A stretch of DNA of 64,000 bases from Thermoplasmata archaeon (GCA_021792655.1 JAJYUG010000001.1:13090-77089); one strand, 5' to 3'. Positions 1-11,095 are shown, numbered from the stretch's first letter. The notes: generated by a model not told the origin, from the sequence alone. A program made the numbers and translations.

Positions 1-3000
1 GTATCGACGATGGAACCGGACATCTCTATGAACCTTCAGGGATTCTTTGGGCAGAATGATTTTCTTATAACCCAGTCCAACTCCCATGGTTATTTCAATA
101 TATCCGCATATAACGATTCCTATTATATTTCCATAACTACACCGCAATATGGCAGGACAACTGTTCCCTCCTATCTGAACGTATCCGGTCCACAGAAGAA
201 TCTTGCTGTGATACAGGTGTTGCCTCTCAAGTATTACTCAGTAAGTGGCTATATCCTTAACAACCTGACTAAGCCCGTCCCTGGAGCTACTGTCATGTCC
301 CTGCAATCAAATAGATCGACGACTTCGAACGGAACGGGTTATTATAACTTGACAGTTCAGTATGGCAACGTTGAAGTTTCTGCATACATGGTGGGATTCG
401 TTGGCCACAAGAATCCTACCTTCGTATCGAAAAATATCACCGACTTTAACATAACGCTGATAAATGTCAACCCATTCTCAGGTCAGAATACAAATGGAGC
501 GACTTCCGGTACAGGTGTTTCAGGAATTCCGCCATCGGCCGCAGGAAACATATCAAAGGCTCTTCAGGGGAACACTTCCAGCATCAACTATGCAAAGGGA
601 CCGTCGAATACGTCATACTCATTATCTGGAAATGTAACTGATAACACAACCGGCCAGAAGGTGGCTTCCACCTACCTCAAATTCTATCTCAACGTGAATG
701 GAACAATATTCTACGAAAACGTGACGACAAATGGTACGGGGTATTATCACCTTGTTCTGCAATACCCCGGCAGTTATACTTTTGTAGTGTATTCTCCATT
801 TTATGATGATTACCAGTTTTCATACAAGGTGACGGGAAACCAGTACTGGAACTTCAAACTGACACCTTATGCCAATCATGTTTATACGGTGACCGGCTAT
901 GTGAAGAATAAACTGGGCACATCACTGAGTGGCATTACAGTTTCAGCAAATTATGTCTACCCGCCCAAGTTCAGCAACGTTTCTACGGAATATAACACAA
1001 CAGATGCTTCAGGCGGCTATTCACTTAGGGTGTTTGAGGCAAATTACACCTTCTCTGCATCCGGACTGGGATATTCAACAAATTATACGACTTTGATAAA
1101 TGTAGACAAAAACTTGAGGGATGTCAATATAACTCTCCCATACATCAACCCATTCGGTTCAGCCAGTGGCAGTGGCACCTCAGGAGTGGTCGAGCCACAA
1201 TTATCCAATCTCTCGTCATTCCTCAGCGGTAAGGGAAACGGTTCTACTGTCTTTTATAATGAAACTGGCGGTCCAGGAAAATACAATATCACAGGCATAG
1301 TAACTAACTCCAATAATTCTCTTCCGGTTTTCAATACGCAGCTTGAATTCTTCGCCAATGTTAGTGGGACCACCTATTATGCAACCGTTACGACCGGATC
1401 TTTAGGGCAGTATGTACTTAATCTAAGCTATAAGGGAAATTACACACTGGCGGTGTATTCGCAGGACTATTATCTTTTCATACACAATTTCAACGTTACG
1501 GGGAACCTTACTGCCAGTTTTGACATGACTCCATTGCCGAAATATGTGGTTTCCATCAGCGGTACGATCTTGAATGCAGAGAGCCCTGTAAACACGTCAA
1601 AAATTAGTGTGGGCATCGATGGTCATTACTTTGTAGCGAAACAGAACACCACCAATCCTACCGGTAATTATTCCATATACCTTATCAACGATTCAGTTCA
1701 GGACTATTCGCTTCATGTTACTGCCCCCGGCTATTATAATCTGAGCACGAACAGGTTTTTAGTGACCAGCAATAAATCTGGACGAGACTACAACATGACT
1801 CCACTTGCCAGCATAGGCAACGGGGTCAGTATATTGAACTTATCAAGCTCTCCGGAAACAGGGTCACCTTCACTTTCACGCTCTGCCTTGCAGAACGACC
1901 TGGGTAGTAAGAGTGACAACAGATCCTTTGCAATTGCAAACAACACAACCGATCAGGTTACACTTAATTTAAGCCTTGCGAATTTTACTTCAACAAAGCC
2001 TCTTAATGATGTCCAGTTCATAGGTTATATCAAGATTGACGGCGCTATATACCGGTTCGTAAATCATACGAATTCCACTGGATACTATGACCTGAAACTG
2101 AATCTCACAGGGACTATGGCGATGCTCGTCTCTACACTTGAATACAAGAATTCCAGCGAACAGTTTCCATTCAGTAGCACGGTCAACCATGCTAGCTTCA
2201 ATTTAAGCACAGCAGCAAGGTACCAAGACACGATCCATTTGAACAGCACGTATAATAGCACTTGGCAGATCCCAAATAACCTGTCTGTGGTAAACTCGCT
2301 GTTGACAATAAATAACATTTCATCAGGAGCATTAACAAATGGCACAAGCTACTCTTATTACCTGCAAAATGGAACTTACAACTTCTCATTCGATAATGTT
2401 AGTTATGTTCCCGCATCGTTTTACAGTAACATAAGCGGAAGTAATTCAGCAAAGTACTACACGCTCACCAATTATATAATTGAAATTAAAAACAATTCAC
2501 AACTGGCCTGGACTTTCGCGATAACTCCGAAACCACCTTTTACAGAGCAAAGCCATGCAATCTCAAAAATCACATGGATAAACCTGACTGTCGCGAATTA
2601 CGTTTTTACAGCGTTAGTTAATAATTCTGCCTACGCATCAAAGGAGTTTCAGCTAAATTCAAGTTCCCCTGAAGAGTTCATGGAGTTCAACGCAACTGCA
2701 AACAGCGCAAACTTTACTTTCACTAACAATCAAGCCGGTACTATCCTGTATACTAACGTTACCATTCCGTCAAGCAGCAACGGAAACATATCGATTTATA
2801 AGTTTGGAGTGAGCAGGACATGGACATCCAGTCTGCTGAATATCAGCATTAATGGCCAGCCCTGGCAGAATATATCTACTGTTGTTTCAGGATATACAAA
2901 CTTCTCACTCTCTCCTTATTACAAATACGATCCTGGAACTACAATACAAATTGTTGTGAGGAGCGGGACAGAACATTATAACAACAACGGAGATAATGCC

Positions 3001-3054
3001 ATAGCATACTATTATGACACTTCACTATACGGAAATGGTGTGAGGCCTCAATGA
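1..3054 (+). CDS. Large Asn/Ser/Thr/Tyr-rich surface glycoprotein with repeated carboxypeptidase-regulatory-like beta-sandwich modules (probably 5'-partial)
   Basis: Frame is open from base 1 (GTA TCG ACG ATG); recurring motifs such as SVSGYILN..PVPGATV, TTNGTGYY, VTGYVKN..LSGITV, TTDASGGY; very many N-x-S/T sequons. Confidence 0.75.
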   Translation, partial: VSTMEPDISMNLQGFFGQNDFLITQSNSHGYFNISAYNDSYYISITTPQYGRTTVPSYLNVSGPQKNLAVIQVLPLKYYSVSGYILNNLTKPVPGATVMSLQSNRSTTSNGTGYYNLTVQYGNVEVSAYMVGFVGHKNPTFVSKNITDFNITLINVNPFSGQNTNGATSGTGVSGIPPSAAGNISKALQGNTSSINYAKGPSNTSYSLSGNVTDNTTGQKVASTYLKFYLNVNGTIFYENVTTNGTGYYHLVLQYPGSYTFVVYSPFYDDYQFSYKVTGNQYWNFKLTPYANHVYTVTGYVKNKLGTSLSGITVSANYVYPPKFSNVSTEYNTTDASGGYSLRVFEANYTFSASGLGYSTNYTTLINVDKNLRDVNITLPYINPFGSASGSGTSGVVEPQLSNLSSFLSGKGNGSTVFYNETGGPGKYNITGIVTNSNNSLPVFNTQLEFFANVSGTTYYATVTTGSLGQYVLNLSYKGNYTLAVYSQDYYLFIHNFNVTGNLTASFDMTPLPKYVVSISGTILNAESPVNTSKISVGIDGHYFVAKQNTTNPTGNYSIYLINDSVQDYSLHVTAPGYYNLSTNRFLVTSNKSGRDYNMTPLASIGNGVSILNLSSSPETGSPSLSRSALQNDLGSKSDNRSFAIANNTTDQVTLNLSLANFTSTKPLNDVQFIGYIKIDGAIYRFVNHTNSTGYYDLKLNLTGTMAMLVSTLEYKNSSEQFPFSSTVNHASFNLSTAARYQDTIHLNSTYNSTWQIPNNLSVVNSLLTINNISSGALTNGTSYSYYLQNGTYNFSFDNVSYVPASFYSNISGSNSAKYYTLTNYIIEIKNNSQLAWTFAITPKPPFTEQSHAISKITWINLTVANYVFTALVNNSAYASKEFQLNSSSPEEFMEFNATANSANFTFTNNQAGTILYTNVTIPSSSNGNISIYKFGVSRTWTSSLLNISINGQPWQNISTVVSGYTNFSLSPYYKYDPGTTIQIVVRSGTEHYNNNGDNAIAYYYDTSLYGNGVRPQ

Positions 3055-3106
3055 TAAATCTTTCGACCAGTGATATGAATGAATTGTGTAAGAGTTGTGA
3101 GGAAAA

Positions 3107-3613
3107 ATGACAGGTTTAGCGGGCATGTTGTCATCGGGGATTTCAACGCTTGAATCAAACATCACGGGGTCTCCACAATTCCTCTTCAGATTCATAATTC
3201 CGATATTCCTTGTGTTTGTAGTTTCATTCTCATATTCCAGACTTTCAAAGAGGGCATTCATCGATGCCCCTCCAACGCTGGCGCAGATGAAGGAACCATT
3301 CGATCTTCCGACCGATCGGTTCAACAGGGAGGTGAATATTATTCAGAGCAACAACTATGAAAAATACCTGGCAGACATGGGAAATGATTTTGAAGCACTG
3401 ATGCGGAATTCAATGGATTTCAAGAGACTGATGAAAGCATACAGGAGATACGATGCCATGAGCAAGTCTACCTACAAAAAAAGGAAAAAAAGGGGAGAGG
3501 AACTTAAACTCGAGACATTCAGGAAAATACTCGATCTATACGCAAGCGTCAGGAAAATGAAGATGGAACATTTCGAACTTGCAAGCGTGAAGGAAGGAGC
3601 TAACACAAAATGA
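3107..3613 (+). CDS. Hypothetical membrane-anchored protein
   Basis: 168-aa ORF with one hydrophobic helix (FIIPIFLVFVVSFSY) and a charged helical tail; stop overlaps the MoxR start (ATGA). Confidence 0.7.
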   Translation: MTGLAGMLSSGISTLESNITGSPQFLFRFIIPIFLVFVVSFSYSRLSKRAFIDAPPTLAQMKEPFDLPTDRFNREVNIIQSNNYEKYLADMGNDFEALMRNSMDFKRLMKAYRRYDAMSKSTYKKRKKRGEELKLETFRKILDLYASVRKMKMEHFELASVKEGANTK

Positions 3614-4578
3614 CAGAAATAAACAGCAGTGACTTGATGGAACTCAGGAATACAGTGAAACAGATTCAGTTAGACATGGGTAAGGTGGTCGTGGGATCGG
3701 AACGCATAGTGCGTTTCATGTTCATCGCTCTGATGAGCGGAAACCACATCCTTCTGGAGGGTGTGCCCGGCCTGGCAAAGACCATGCTGGCTAGCCAGTT
3801 TGCAAAGGAGATAGGCATCAAATTCAACAGGATCCAGTTCACCCCGGATATGCTTCCGTCTGATATTACGGGAAGCATAGTCTTCAACCTGGAATCCAGG
3901 AAAATGGAATTCAGGCAGGGCCCGATATTCTCCAACCTTATTCTTGCGGATGAAATAAACAGGACTCCTGCCAAGGTGCAGTCTGCACTGCTGGAGGCAA
4001 TGGAGGAGCACCGTGTTTCTGTTGGCGGTGAAGATCACATCCTGCCAGAACCATACCTGGTCATTGCGACGCAAAACCCCGTAGAGCAGGAGGGGACTTT
4101 CCCCCTTGCAGAGGCTCTCATGGACAGGTTTCTTTTCCGGTACAACCTCACCTACCCCAGCCGTGAGGAGGAGATAAACATCCTCAACTCCATCACGAAC
4201 AGGGCACAGATAAAGGAGAATCTGATGAACGCAGACCAGATCCTGAAGCTGAGATCGGCCGTTGACAATGTGTTCATCTCACAGGATGTGAAGATATACA
4301 TCGTGGACCTGATAAGAAGGACCAGGGAAAGCGATATGGTATACCTTGGCGCAAGCCCGAGAACCACTGCAAAATACCTGAAGGCAGTAAGGGCCAATGC
4401 ACTTATCAACGGCAGGAATTATGTGATTCCTGAAGACATTGTTTCCATATCCCGGGAGCTGCTGAATCACAGGATTATCCTCAAGCCGGAGGCTATGATA
4501 GACGGATCATCAGATCCGGTAGGGACAGTGAACAGCATAATAGACAGGATTGTGGGTGAAGTAGAGATACCAACATGA
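3610..4578 (+). CDS. moxR: MoxR-family AAA+ ATPase
   Basis: HILLEGVPGLAKT, RIQFTPDMLPSD, LADEINR, ATQNPVEQEGTFPL, DRF motifs. Confidence 0.95.
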   Translation: MTEINSSDLMELRNTVKQIQLDMGKVVVGSERIVRFMFIALMSGNHILLEGVPGLAKTMLASQFAKEIGIKFNRIQFTPDMLPSDITGSIVFNLESRKMEFRQGPIFSNLILADEINRTPAKVQSALLEAMEEHRVSVGGEDHILPEPYLVIATQNPVEQEGTFPLAEALMDRFLFRYNLTYPSREEEINILNSITNRAQIKENLMNADQILKLRSAVDNVFISQDVKIYIVDLIRRTRESDMVYLGASPRTTAKYLKAVRANALINGRNYVIPEDIVSISRELLNHRIILKPEAMIDGSSDPVGTVNSIIDRIVGEVEIPT

Positions 4579-5888
4579 TCAGGAAAACTGGATATATAGT
4601 GCTTGGAATCATTGCCGGCGGCTTGCTGGAGTCGCTCTTCATCGGCTACGATTATTATATCGTGGCACTGATGATCCTTTTTTTCGTGGCAGCCAGCGAC
4701 ATCATATCTTTCAACACCGGCCTCTCCAGGAGCATAAGGAATGTTGAGGTCAGGAGGGAGATCGAGTCCAATTCCGCCAGGAAATTCCAGATGCGGCCAA
4801 TAAGGATATTTTTCACTAATAGGACCAGGAAAACCGTTTACTTCCATTACTATGACACGCTGTCCGATGTTTTCAATACAGAGGGTGATTTCCAGGGATA
4901 CATTATCCTCAAGCCGGGGGAACAGACAAAGAGGGAGTATTCCATAGCATCAATTGCCATTGGAAAATACAAGGTAGGCCCGGTTATAATCTACGCTGAG
5001 GATCCAATGAAGCTATGCATATCCTCATACACTGCACCTGTGATTGACGAAATGATAGTGTCTCCGGCACTCTCTGATATATACACCCAGAGAAGTGAAA
5101 GGCTGAGCAACATGAAATTCACTTACGGCATTCACTATTCCCAGAAAATAGGACAGGGGTACAACTTTTACGGGATACGTCCATACAACGAATCCGACGA
5201 CACCAAGTACATTGCATGGAGCAGATACGGTATACTCAATGGTGAAGACATATACATAAAGCAGATGGAAGAGGAACGCCAGATTGACGTTTTTTTCGTC
5301 GTTGATTACGGTATAGGCATGAACCAGGGCACCAGACAGAAAAGGATGTATGATTTTGTCATAGCAACGGTGATGAACGCTTCATACAGCATAGTGAAGA
5401 ACCACGATGGAGTCGGCTATATCATCAACTCCTCAAAGTACGATTACTTCATACCGGCAAAAAAATCGCAGGAGCCAATAAGGAAATTCGAACAGACCAT
5501 ATCAGAGATCAGGCCAAATGGTGACTTTTCAATTTTCCAGACTTTCAGCAGAATAAAGAGGGATGTAAAGAAGAACGCCCTCGTGTTCGTGATTACTCCA
5601 TTCTCATACCCGGAGAGCTTCAGAAAGGGGACAAGGAAGGAATTTGAGACCAACAAGAAGGTTTCGCTTTTCATACTTGATCCATATGACTTCATGGAGA
5701 AGAGGAAAGATGACGTCTACAGTGCGCTAATGAAAAATTCAGGGCTAAAGCATTATCGCTATCTGACGGCTCTGTCAAAATTTTTCAATTCCATAGGGAT
5801 CAAGTCATCAGTATCAAGAGAAAAAGACCTTCTTTACCGGATAATGGCGGCATATCGTTATGGAAAGCTCACAAATGAGGGGGCGTAG
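4575..5888 (+). CDS. DUF58 domain protein (vWA-like MoxR partner)
   Basis: N-terminal TM helices; GQGYNFYGIRPY..SDDTKYIAW matches the DUF58 signature; overlaps the moxR stop. Confidence 0.88.
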   Translation: MIRKTGYIVLGIIAGGLLESLFIGYDYYIVALMILFFVAASDIISFNTGLSRSIRNVEVRREIESNSARKFQMRPIRIFFTNRTRKTVYFHYYDTLSDVFNTEGDFQGYIILKPGEQTKREYSIASIAIGKYKVGPVIIYAEDPMKLCISSYTAPVIDEMIVSPALSDIYTQRSERLSNMKFTYGIHYSQKIGQGYNFYGIRPYNESDDTKYIAWSRYGILNGEDIYIKQMEEERQIDVFFVVDYGIGMNQGTRQKRMYDFVIATVMNASYSIVKNHDGVGYIINSSKYDYFIPAKKSQEPIRKFEQTISEIRPNGDFSIFQTFSRIKRDVKKNALVFVITPFSYPESFRKGTRKEFETNKKVSLFILDPYDFMEKRKDDVYSALMKNSGLKHYRYLTALSKFFNSIGIKSSVSREKDLLYRIMAAYRYGKLTNEGA

Positions 5889-6725
5889 ATGGAATCAAGG
5901 GCTCTTGGCACCGGACTCAACTTGCTGGCATTTTCTCCGGCTATTCTCATATATGTCTACACTTTTCCTTATTTTTACGCTAACATAAATCTTGCAGTTC
6001 TCGTGTTAATCGCAGTCCTCCCAGTCGTAAAGCTGCTGGTGCCGAAACGTTACAGCTCAAGTGTTTATCCGGTGGCACTCATAATAGCCATGCTTCTTGT
6101 CATAGCCACTCTGTTCTACCTCATAAATCCCTCAAGGTACTATTACCTGGAGATTTTCTCGATTCCCCTGGCCCTTTCCACGTTCTTCGCAATAGATTTT
6201 GCCTTTGCATTTATATTCATTTTCGAGGGTCTGCTCTCCAAGCGTTCCAGCAGGATGATTGGCTATCTTTTCCTCTCGCTGGGCACAATGCTCTACGAGC
6301 TTTCCATAATAGCAGCAATGCATGAGTTCAGCCTCACTTTCATGAATGCACTCTCGCTTGTATTTTCCCTTGAGATACTTTCCTACTACGAACTGTTTGT
6401 TTACGGATACCAGAAATTCCTTCCTATGGCTAATTTCCAGATACAGATCAACCAGGAACTTCTAGTGCTTTTCATAATCTCGACCATCGCCATAGTTTTC
6501 TCTATATACCTCAGGGAAAATGGACACCAGAGAGAAAGACTGGGTGACCTTGCTTACTCCCTGTTCGCGGGATCCATTATGGGAACGCTTCTTTTTGCCG
6601 TGTATGACTATTTCAGTTACACCCAATACCAGTTGTCAATCATTGGCTTCGGAGTGCTTGCAACATTCGTTGCAATTTCACGAACTTCACGAAAGGAGAA
6701 GAACAGGAAACCTAAGATAAAATGA
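5889..6725 (+). CDS. Polytopic membrane protein of unknown function
   Basis: 278 aa, about 8 hydrophobic segments; starts immediately after the DUF58 stop. Confidence 0.8.
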   Translation: MESRALGTGLNLLAFSPAILIYVYTFPYFYANINLAVLVLIAVLPVVKLLVPKRYSSSVYPVALIIAMLLVIATLFYLINPSRYYYLEIFSIPLALSTFFAIDFAFAFIFIFEGLLSKRSSRMIGYLFLSLGTMLYELSIIAAMHEFSLTFMNALSLVFSLEILSYYELFVYGYQKFLPMANFQIQINQELLVLFIISTIAIVFSIYLRENGHQRERLGDLAYSLFAGSIMGTLLFAVYDYFSYTQYQLSIIGFGVLATFVAISRTSRKEKNRKPKIK

Positions 6726-6749
6726 TATTGGGAAACGAAATATTGTAAC

Positions 6750-8015
6750 ATGGGAACAATCCTGATCAAAAATGCACTGATAGTCTCCCAGAACAATGAA
6801 AGAGACATTTTCAAGGGAGATATTTTTATTGAGGGCAATAAAATCGTGAAGATCGGTAAATGCACAGAAGATGCCGATAGGGTCATTGACGCCTCACGAA
6901 TGGTAGCTCTCCCCGGATTTGTGAACACACATGCACACGTTGCAATGTCGCACCTTAAGGGCAAGCTTGATGACATGCCTCTGGATACGTTCCTGGAGAA
7001 GACCTTCGAACTGGACGGCAAGAGGACAGAGAAAGGAATATACAATTCTTCCAGGCTTGGAATAGATGAAATGATCTCGGGCGGGATAACATCATTTGCC
7101 GACCTGTACTATTCCGAGGATATCATAGCCCGTGCAGTAAAGGATTCAGGCATCCGCGGGTTTCTTTCCTGGAACACGCTGGACGAGGAATTCACAACGC
7201 AGACCGGGAACCCAGTTAAGAATGCTGAGAACTTTATACTGAAGCATAAAGGTGAGAACCTGGTAACTCCATCCATCGGTGTTCAGGGTATTTATGTCAG
7301 CGGAGATGAGAATTACATGAAGGCACTTGATGTTGCCAGCAGGCACAACACCATTATCCACAGTCACCTGGCCGAGACAAGGAAGGAGGTTTATGACTTT
7401 GTGAGGAAAAGTGGCGGAAAGCGACCCACAGAACATCTAGGTGAAATAGGGTTTCTGAGCCCCAGGCTGCTTGCAGCCCATTCCGTCTGGGTGACGCTCA
7501 GTGAAATAAGGACAATGGCAAAGAATGGCGTTAAAGTTTCATGGAATTCTGTGAGCAACGGCAAGCTTGGAGTGGGGGGGATAGCCCCCGTCCCCGAAAT
7601 GATCGAAAACGGAATGGTTGTTTCATTGGGCACGGACAGCAGCGGGAGCAACAACGCGCTTAACATGTTTGAAGCAATGAAATTTTCCTCTCTCTGGATC
7701 AAGAATGACCGGTGGAATCCGGCAATTATAAATTCAAGGTCAATTCTGGACATGGCTACCGTGAATGGGGCCGGATCGCTCGGTACAGATCGGATCGGCA
7801 TGCTGGAACCAGGAAAACTCGCAGATATAGTGCTTGTAGATACCTCTCAGGCAAACATGACCCCTACAAACATGGAAAATGCAGTCAGCAACATAGTATA
7901 TTCTGCAAATCCCTCAAACGTGAAATACGTGATCATTGATGGCAAAGTACTGAAGGATGATGGCAAACTGGTCCACCCAGCAGAAGGAGTGGAAGCGGAG
8001 GACGAGTTTTACTGA
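6750..8015 (+). CDS. Amidohydrolase, MTA/SAH deaminase (MtaD)-like
   Basis: PGFVNTHAH, HSHLAET, AAHSVW, LGTDS, GKLADIV motifs. Confidence 0.88.
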   Translation: MGTILIKNALIVSQNNERDIFKGDIFIEGNKIVKIGKCTEDADRVIDASRMVALPGFVNTHAHVAMSHLKGKLDDMPLDTFLEKTFELDGKRTEKGIYNSSRLGIDEMISGGITSFADLYYSEDIIARAVKDSGIRGFLSWNTLDEEFTTQTGNPVKNAENFILKHKGENLVTPSIGVQGIYVSGDENYMKALDVASRHNTIIHSHLAETRKEVYDFVRKSGGKRPTEHLGEIGFLSPRLLAAHSVWVTLSEIRTMAKNGVKVSWNSVSNGKLGVGGIAPVPEMIENGMVVSLGTDSSGSNNALNMFEAMKFSSLWIKNDRWNPAIINSRSILDMATVNGAGSLGTDRIGMLEPGKLADIVLVDTSQANMTPTNMENAVSNIVYSANPSNVKYVIIDGKVLKDDGKLVHPAEGVEAEDEFY

Positions 8016-8047
8016 ATCTAATATTCTTTGCCGTCGATATATCTCAT

Positions 8048-8060
8048 AAAGTATTTAAGC
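8048..8060 (+). promoter_or_regulatory. Putative BRE/TATA box of eIF5A (probably a leaderless mRNA)
   Basis: AAAGTATTTAAGC about 30 nt upstream of ATG 8088. Confidence 0.5.
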
Positions 8061-8087
8061 ACCGAGACGATCGCTCTGAGAATTATA

Positions 8088-8477
8088 ATGAGCTGGCAGG
8101 AAGCCGAAGTAAGGGAATTAAAAGTAGGAAGATACATGCTTATAGACGATTCTCCGTGCAAGATAATGGAAATAACAATGTCAAAACCAGGAAAGCACGG
8201 TGAGGCCAAGGGAAGGATAGTCGCCATAGGCATTTTCGACGATCAGAAGCACAGTGTGGTCTACCCCGTAAAGCACAAGGTGAAAGTGCCTATCATCGAG
8301 AAGAAAAATGCGCAGGTATTATCGGTTGCCAACAAGGAAGCCCAGCTGATGGACTCCGAGACCTTCGAAACGTTCCTGATCCCGATCTCACCTGAAGATG
8401 CAGACAGAGTAAAGGCTGGAATGGAGGTATCTTATTGGGAGACCATGGGAAAGAAGAAGATAATGTTCCAGAACTGA
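8088..8477 (+). CDS. eif5a: Translation factor aIF5A
   Basis: [10 protein letters not shown] hypusine-site motif; start corrected to MSWQEAEV (129 aa). Confidence 0.97.
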   Translation: MSWQEAEVRELKVGRYMLIDDSPCKIMEITMSKPGKHGEAKGRIVAIGIFDDQKHSVVYPVKHKVKVPIIEKKNAQVLSVANKEAQLMDSETFETFLIPISPEDADRVKAGMEVSYWETMGKKKIMFQN

Positions 8478-9367
8478 GCTACCTGTTTAAGAGCACAAAA
8501 CTTCCCGATGCGCATTCCAGATATGCTGACGCGCGTTATGTTATTTTTGGAGTGCCCTTCGACGGCACGTCAAGTTTCAGGAGAGGCTCAAGGCTTGGCC
8601 CGGATAGTGTCCGATATGCTTATGACAACCTTGAGTCATTTGATCCATATTACGGAGTCAATTTTCCGGATGTACCCATAACGGATCTGGGGAACCTGGA
8701 AGTCGGTGAAGATGCGGCCGAGGTTGTGGATTCAGTCCAGCAGGCTACTTCAAAGATAATATTGGACGGAAAGGTGCCGATTATGATCGGTGGAGAGCAC
8801 TCAATCACTACAGGCGCTATAAGAAACCTCCGTGACGTGTCTATGATCATAATAGACGCACACTCAGACTTCAGGGAATCATATATGGGAAATGAGCACA
8901 ACCATGCATGCGTTACCCGCAGGTCCCTTGAGATTCTTGGCGAGAGCAGGATCTTTTCCATCGGGACCAGATCTGTTTCGAAGGAGGAATACGATTCACC
9001 TGAATTCCACAAAGTAAGGTTCTTCAGCGCTTCAATGGTGCGGGAGAGAGGAATTTCCAGTGTGATCAGGGAAATACGGAATGCTGTACATGGAAAGATC
9101 TACATATCAATAGACATGGATGGCATCGATCCGGCGTATGCCCCCGGGGTTGGAACGCCAGAGCCATACGGCCTATCCGACACAGATGTCAAAGCAGTGA
9201 TAAACACCTTCGCAATGGATACTGTTGGTTTTGACGTCGTGGAGTTTACTCCCCTCTATGATCATGGAAACACTTCAATGCTTGCTGCGAAACTTATACA
9301 GGATTTCATCGGAAGCAGGGAAAGTGGGTCATATTCTGCAGATTTTTGGCACCAGAAACAACGTTAG
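8435..9367 (+). CDS. speB: Agmatinase
   Basis: [33 protein letters not shown] ureohydrolase motifs; TTG start preceded by GGAGGT at 8423-8428. Confidence 0.92.
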   Translation: MGDHGKEEDNVPELSYLFKSTKLPDAHSRYADARYVIFGVPFDGTSSFRRGSRLGPDSVRYAYDNLESFDPYYGVNFPDVPITDLGNLEVGEDAAEVVDSVQQATSKIILDGKVPIMIGGEHSITTGAIRNLRDVSMIIIDAHSDFRESYMGNEHNHACVTRRSLEILGESRIFSIGTRSVSKEEYDSPEFHKVRFFSASMVRERGISSVIREIRNAVHGKIYISIDMDGIDPAYAPGVGTPEPYGLSDTDVKAVINTFAMDTVGFDVVEFTPLYDHGNTSMLAAKLIQDFIGSRESGSYSADFWHQKQR

Positions 9368-9531
9368 CTTTATCATTTTACGCACGTATCCTGATAAACT
9401 CTCATTGTGAGAGTATCATGCCGGGATCACGGCATTATTTCATTGGTGAGTGTTGCATACCAGCAAAGGTATAAAATTGAATTGGTAAAAATCGCACCAA
9501 ATGTTATATACTGATATCCTTATTAATTCAT

Positions 9532-11091
9532 ATGCAGCAAGGCATGGACGTAGGTTTGACGCTTGATCGCTTGTTCTACCAGACACTGTTGAGATCGCCG
9601 GAAAGGAAAATTCATTATAAGGGGTTGTCAACGACATACCATAAGCTTTTCCAGGAGGTTAAACGTTTTTCCAGTGCCATGTCTGCAAAATATGGCAAAG
9701 GAAAGGCAATGGGCGTACTCGACTGGAATACAATCCCATACATGCAAATGCTGTTCGGCATCCCCCTGTCTGGGAACGTGATTCATCCGGTGAACATGCG
9801 TTTGCCTCCAGAGGAGATAATCAGGACCATCAGTATGGCCAATGATGAAGTCCTTTTCTTCTCGGAAGAATTTCTTCCCATCGTAAGGAAAATAGAGGAA
9901 ATGAAGATCATAGAGAGGGATAACATTTACGTTATAAACGATGGAAGCTCTTCAGGTTATAATTCCTATGCCGACTTGATGAAAACCGGAAGCGAGGGAG
10001 AGAGCTTCAACTCGCACGAGACCGATACCGCATCCATCCTTTTCACTTCTGGTACGACTGGAAAACCAAAGCAGATAGCTTACACACACAAGAAGACAAC
10101 TCTTGCAATATGGAGCATTCTTACCCTGCTTTCCGCATACCCCGGCAATTCGAGGATAAACTCCAGTGATGTCATTTTCTCACTGATACCTAATTATCAT
10201 CTCTGGTCATGGGGTACCCCGTATGTCGCTACCATGATTGGGGCAGATTACGTCATGGATGGGCGATTCGATCTTCAGTTGACAATGGATGCCATAAGGA
10301 GGAATAAGGTATCATGGATGAGCATGGTTCCGACAATGCTATATGGTATACTCTCTCATCCTGATGCAGCCAGCCTAAGTGGACTTAAAGTTCTCGTCGG
10401 CGGATCTCCCATTCCGTCTGGTTTAGTAAAGGCAGCTTCCGATAAGGGGATCGAGCTTACTTCCATTTATGGCTTCTCCGATGGCTTGATTGCCGGTATC
10501 GGTTCGCTTTCCGAAAACATGCCCGATCTTTATGAAAGGAATACTCTTTCGACTTCAGGTGTGATACCTGCTCCATTGTCAGAATACAGGATCAGGAAAT
10601 CCAGCGATGGAAGGATAGGTGAGATTAACTTCAGGTCCCCGTGGCTTCCCAATGGTTACGTGGGAGATGATGAAAAAACTGCCGCATCATTCGACAGCGA
10701 AAGATGGTTCATCACTGGAGACGCAGGATACATTCTCGACGGAAAGGTGCAAATAAGTGACAGGCTCAAGGACCTGATAAAGAGCGGGGCAGAATTCATA
10801 CCTTCGGCAATGGTGGAGAGCGTCATGTCAGATATTCCAGAAATAGAGAGCGTTGCCATTGTGGGTTTCCCTGACAGTAAGTGGGGTGAAAGGCCCATCG
10901 CCTACATCAAGACCAAACAGGGAATGGCCGTAGAAGACCAGCACATCATGGGTCATCTGGCCAACCAGGTAAAGGAAGGAAAAATCCAGAAGTGGTGGAT
11001 CCCCGACAGGTTCGTCCGGATCGATGCGATGCCACTGACGGGAACAGGGAAAATAGACAAAAAGAAATTGAGAAATATGGTAGGGGAGTGA
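9532..11091 (+). CDS. Fatty-acid/acyl-CoA ligase (AMP-forming)
   Basis: FTSGTTGKPK, TGD, DRLKDLIKSG, KWGERP, TGTGKIDKK motifs. Confidence 0.93.
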   Translation: MQQGMDVGLTLDRLFYQTLLRSPERKIHYKGLSTTYHKLFQEVKRFSSAMSAKYGKGKAMGVLDWNTIPYMQMLFGIPLSGNVIHPVNMRLPPEEIIRTISMANDEVLFFSEEFLPIVRKIEEMKIIERDNIYVINDGSSSGYNSYADLMKTGSEGESFNSHETDTASILFTSGTTGKPKQIAYTHKKTTLAIWSILTLLSAYPGNSRINSSDVIFSLIPNYHLWSWGTPYVATMIGADYVMDGRFDLQLTMDAIRRNKVSWMSMVPTMLYGILSHPDAASLSGLKVLVGGSPIPSGLVKAASDKGIELTSIYGFSDGLIAGIGSLSENMPDLYERNTLSTSGVIPAPLSEYRIRKSSDGRIGEINFRSPWLPNGYVGDDEKTAASFDSERWFITGDAGYILDGKVQISDRLKDLIKSGAEFIPSAMVESVMSDIPEIESVAIVGFPDSKWGERPIAYIKTKQGMAVEDQHIMGHLANQVKEGKIQKWWIPDRFVRIDAMPLTGTGKIDKKKLRNMVGE

Positions 11092-11095
11092 ATAA

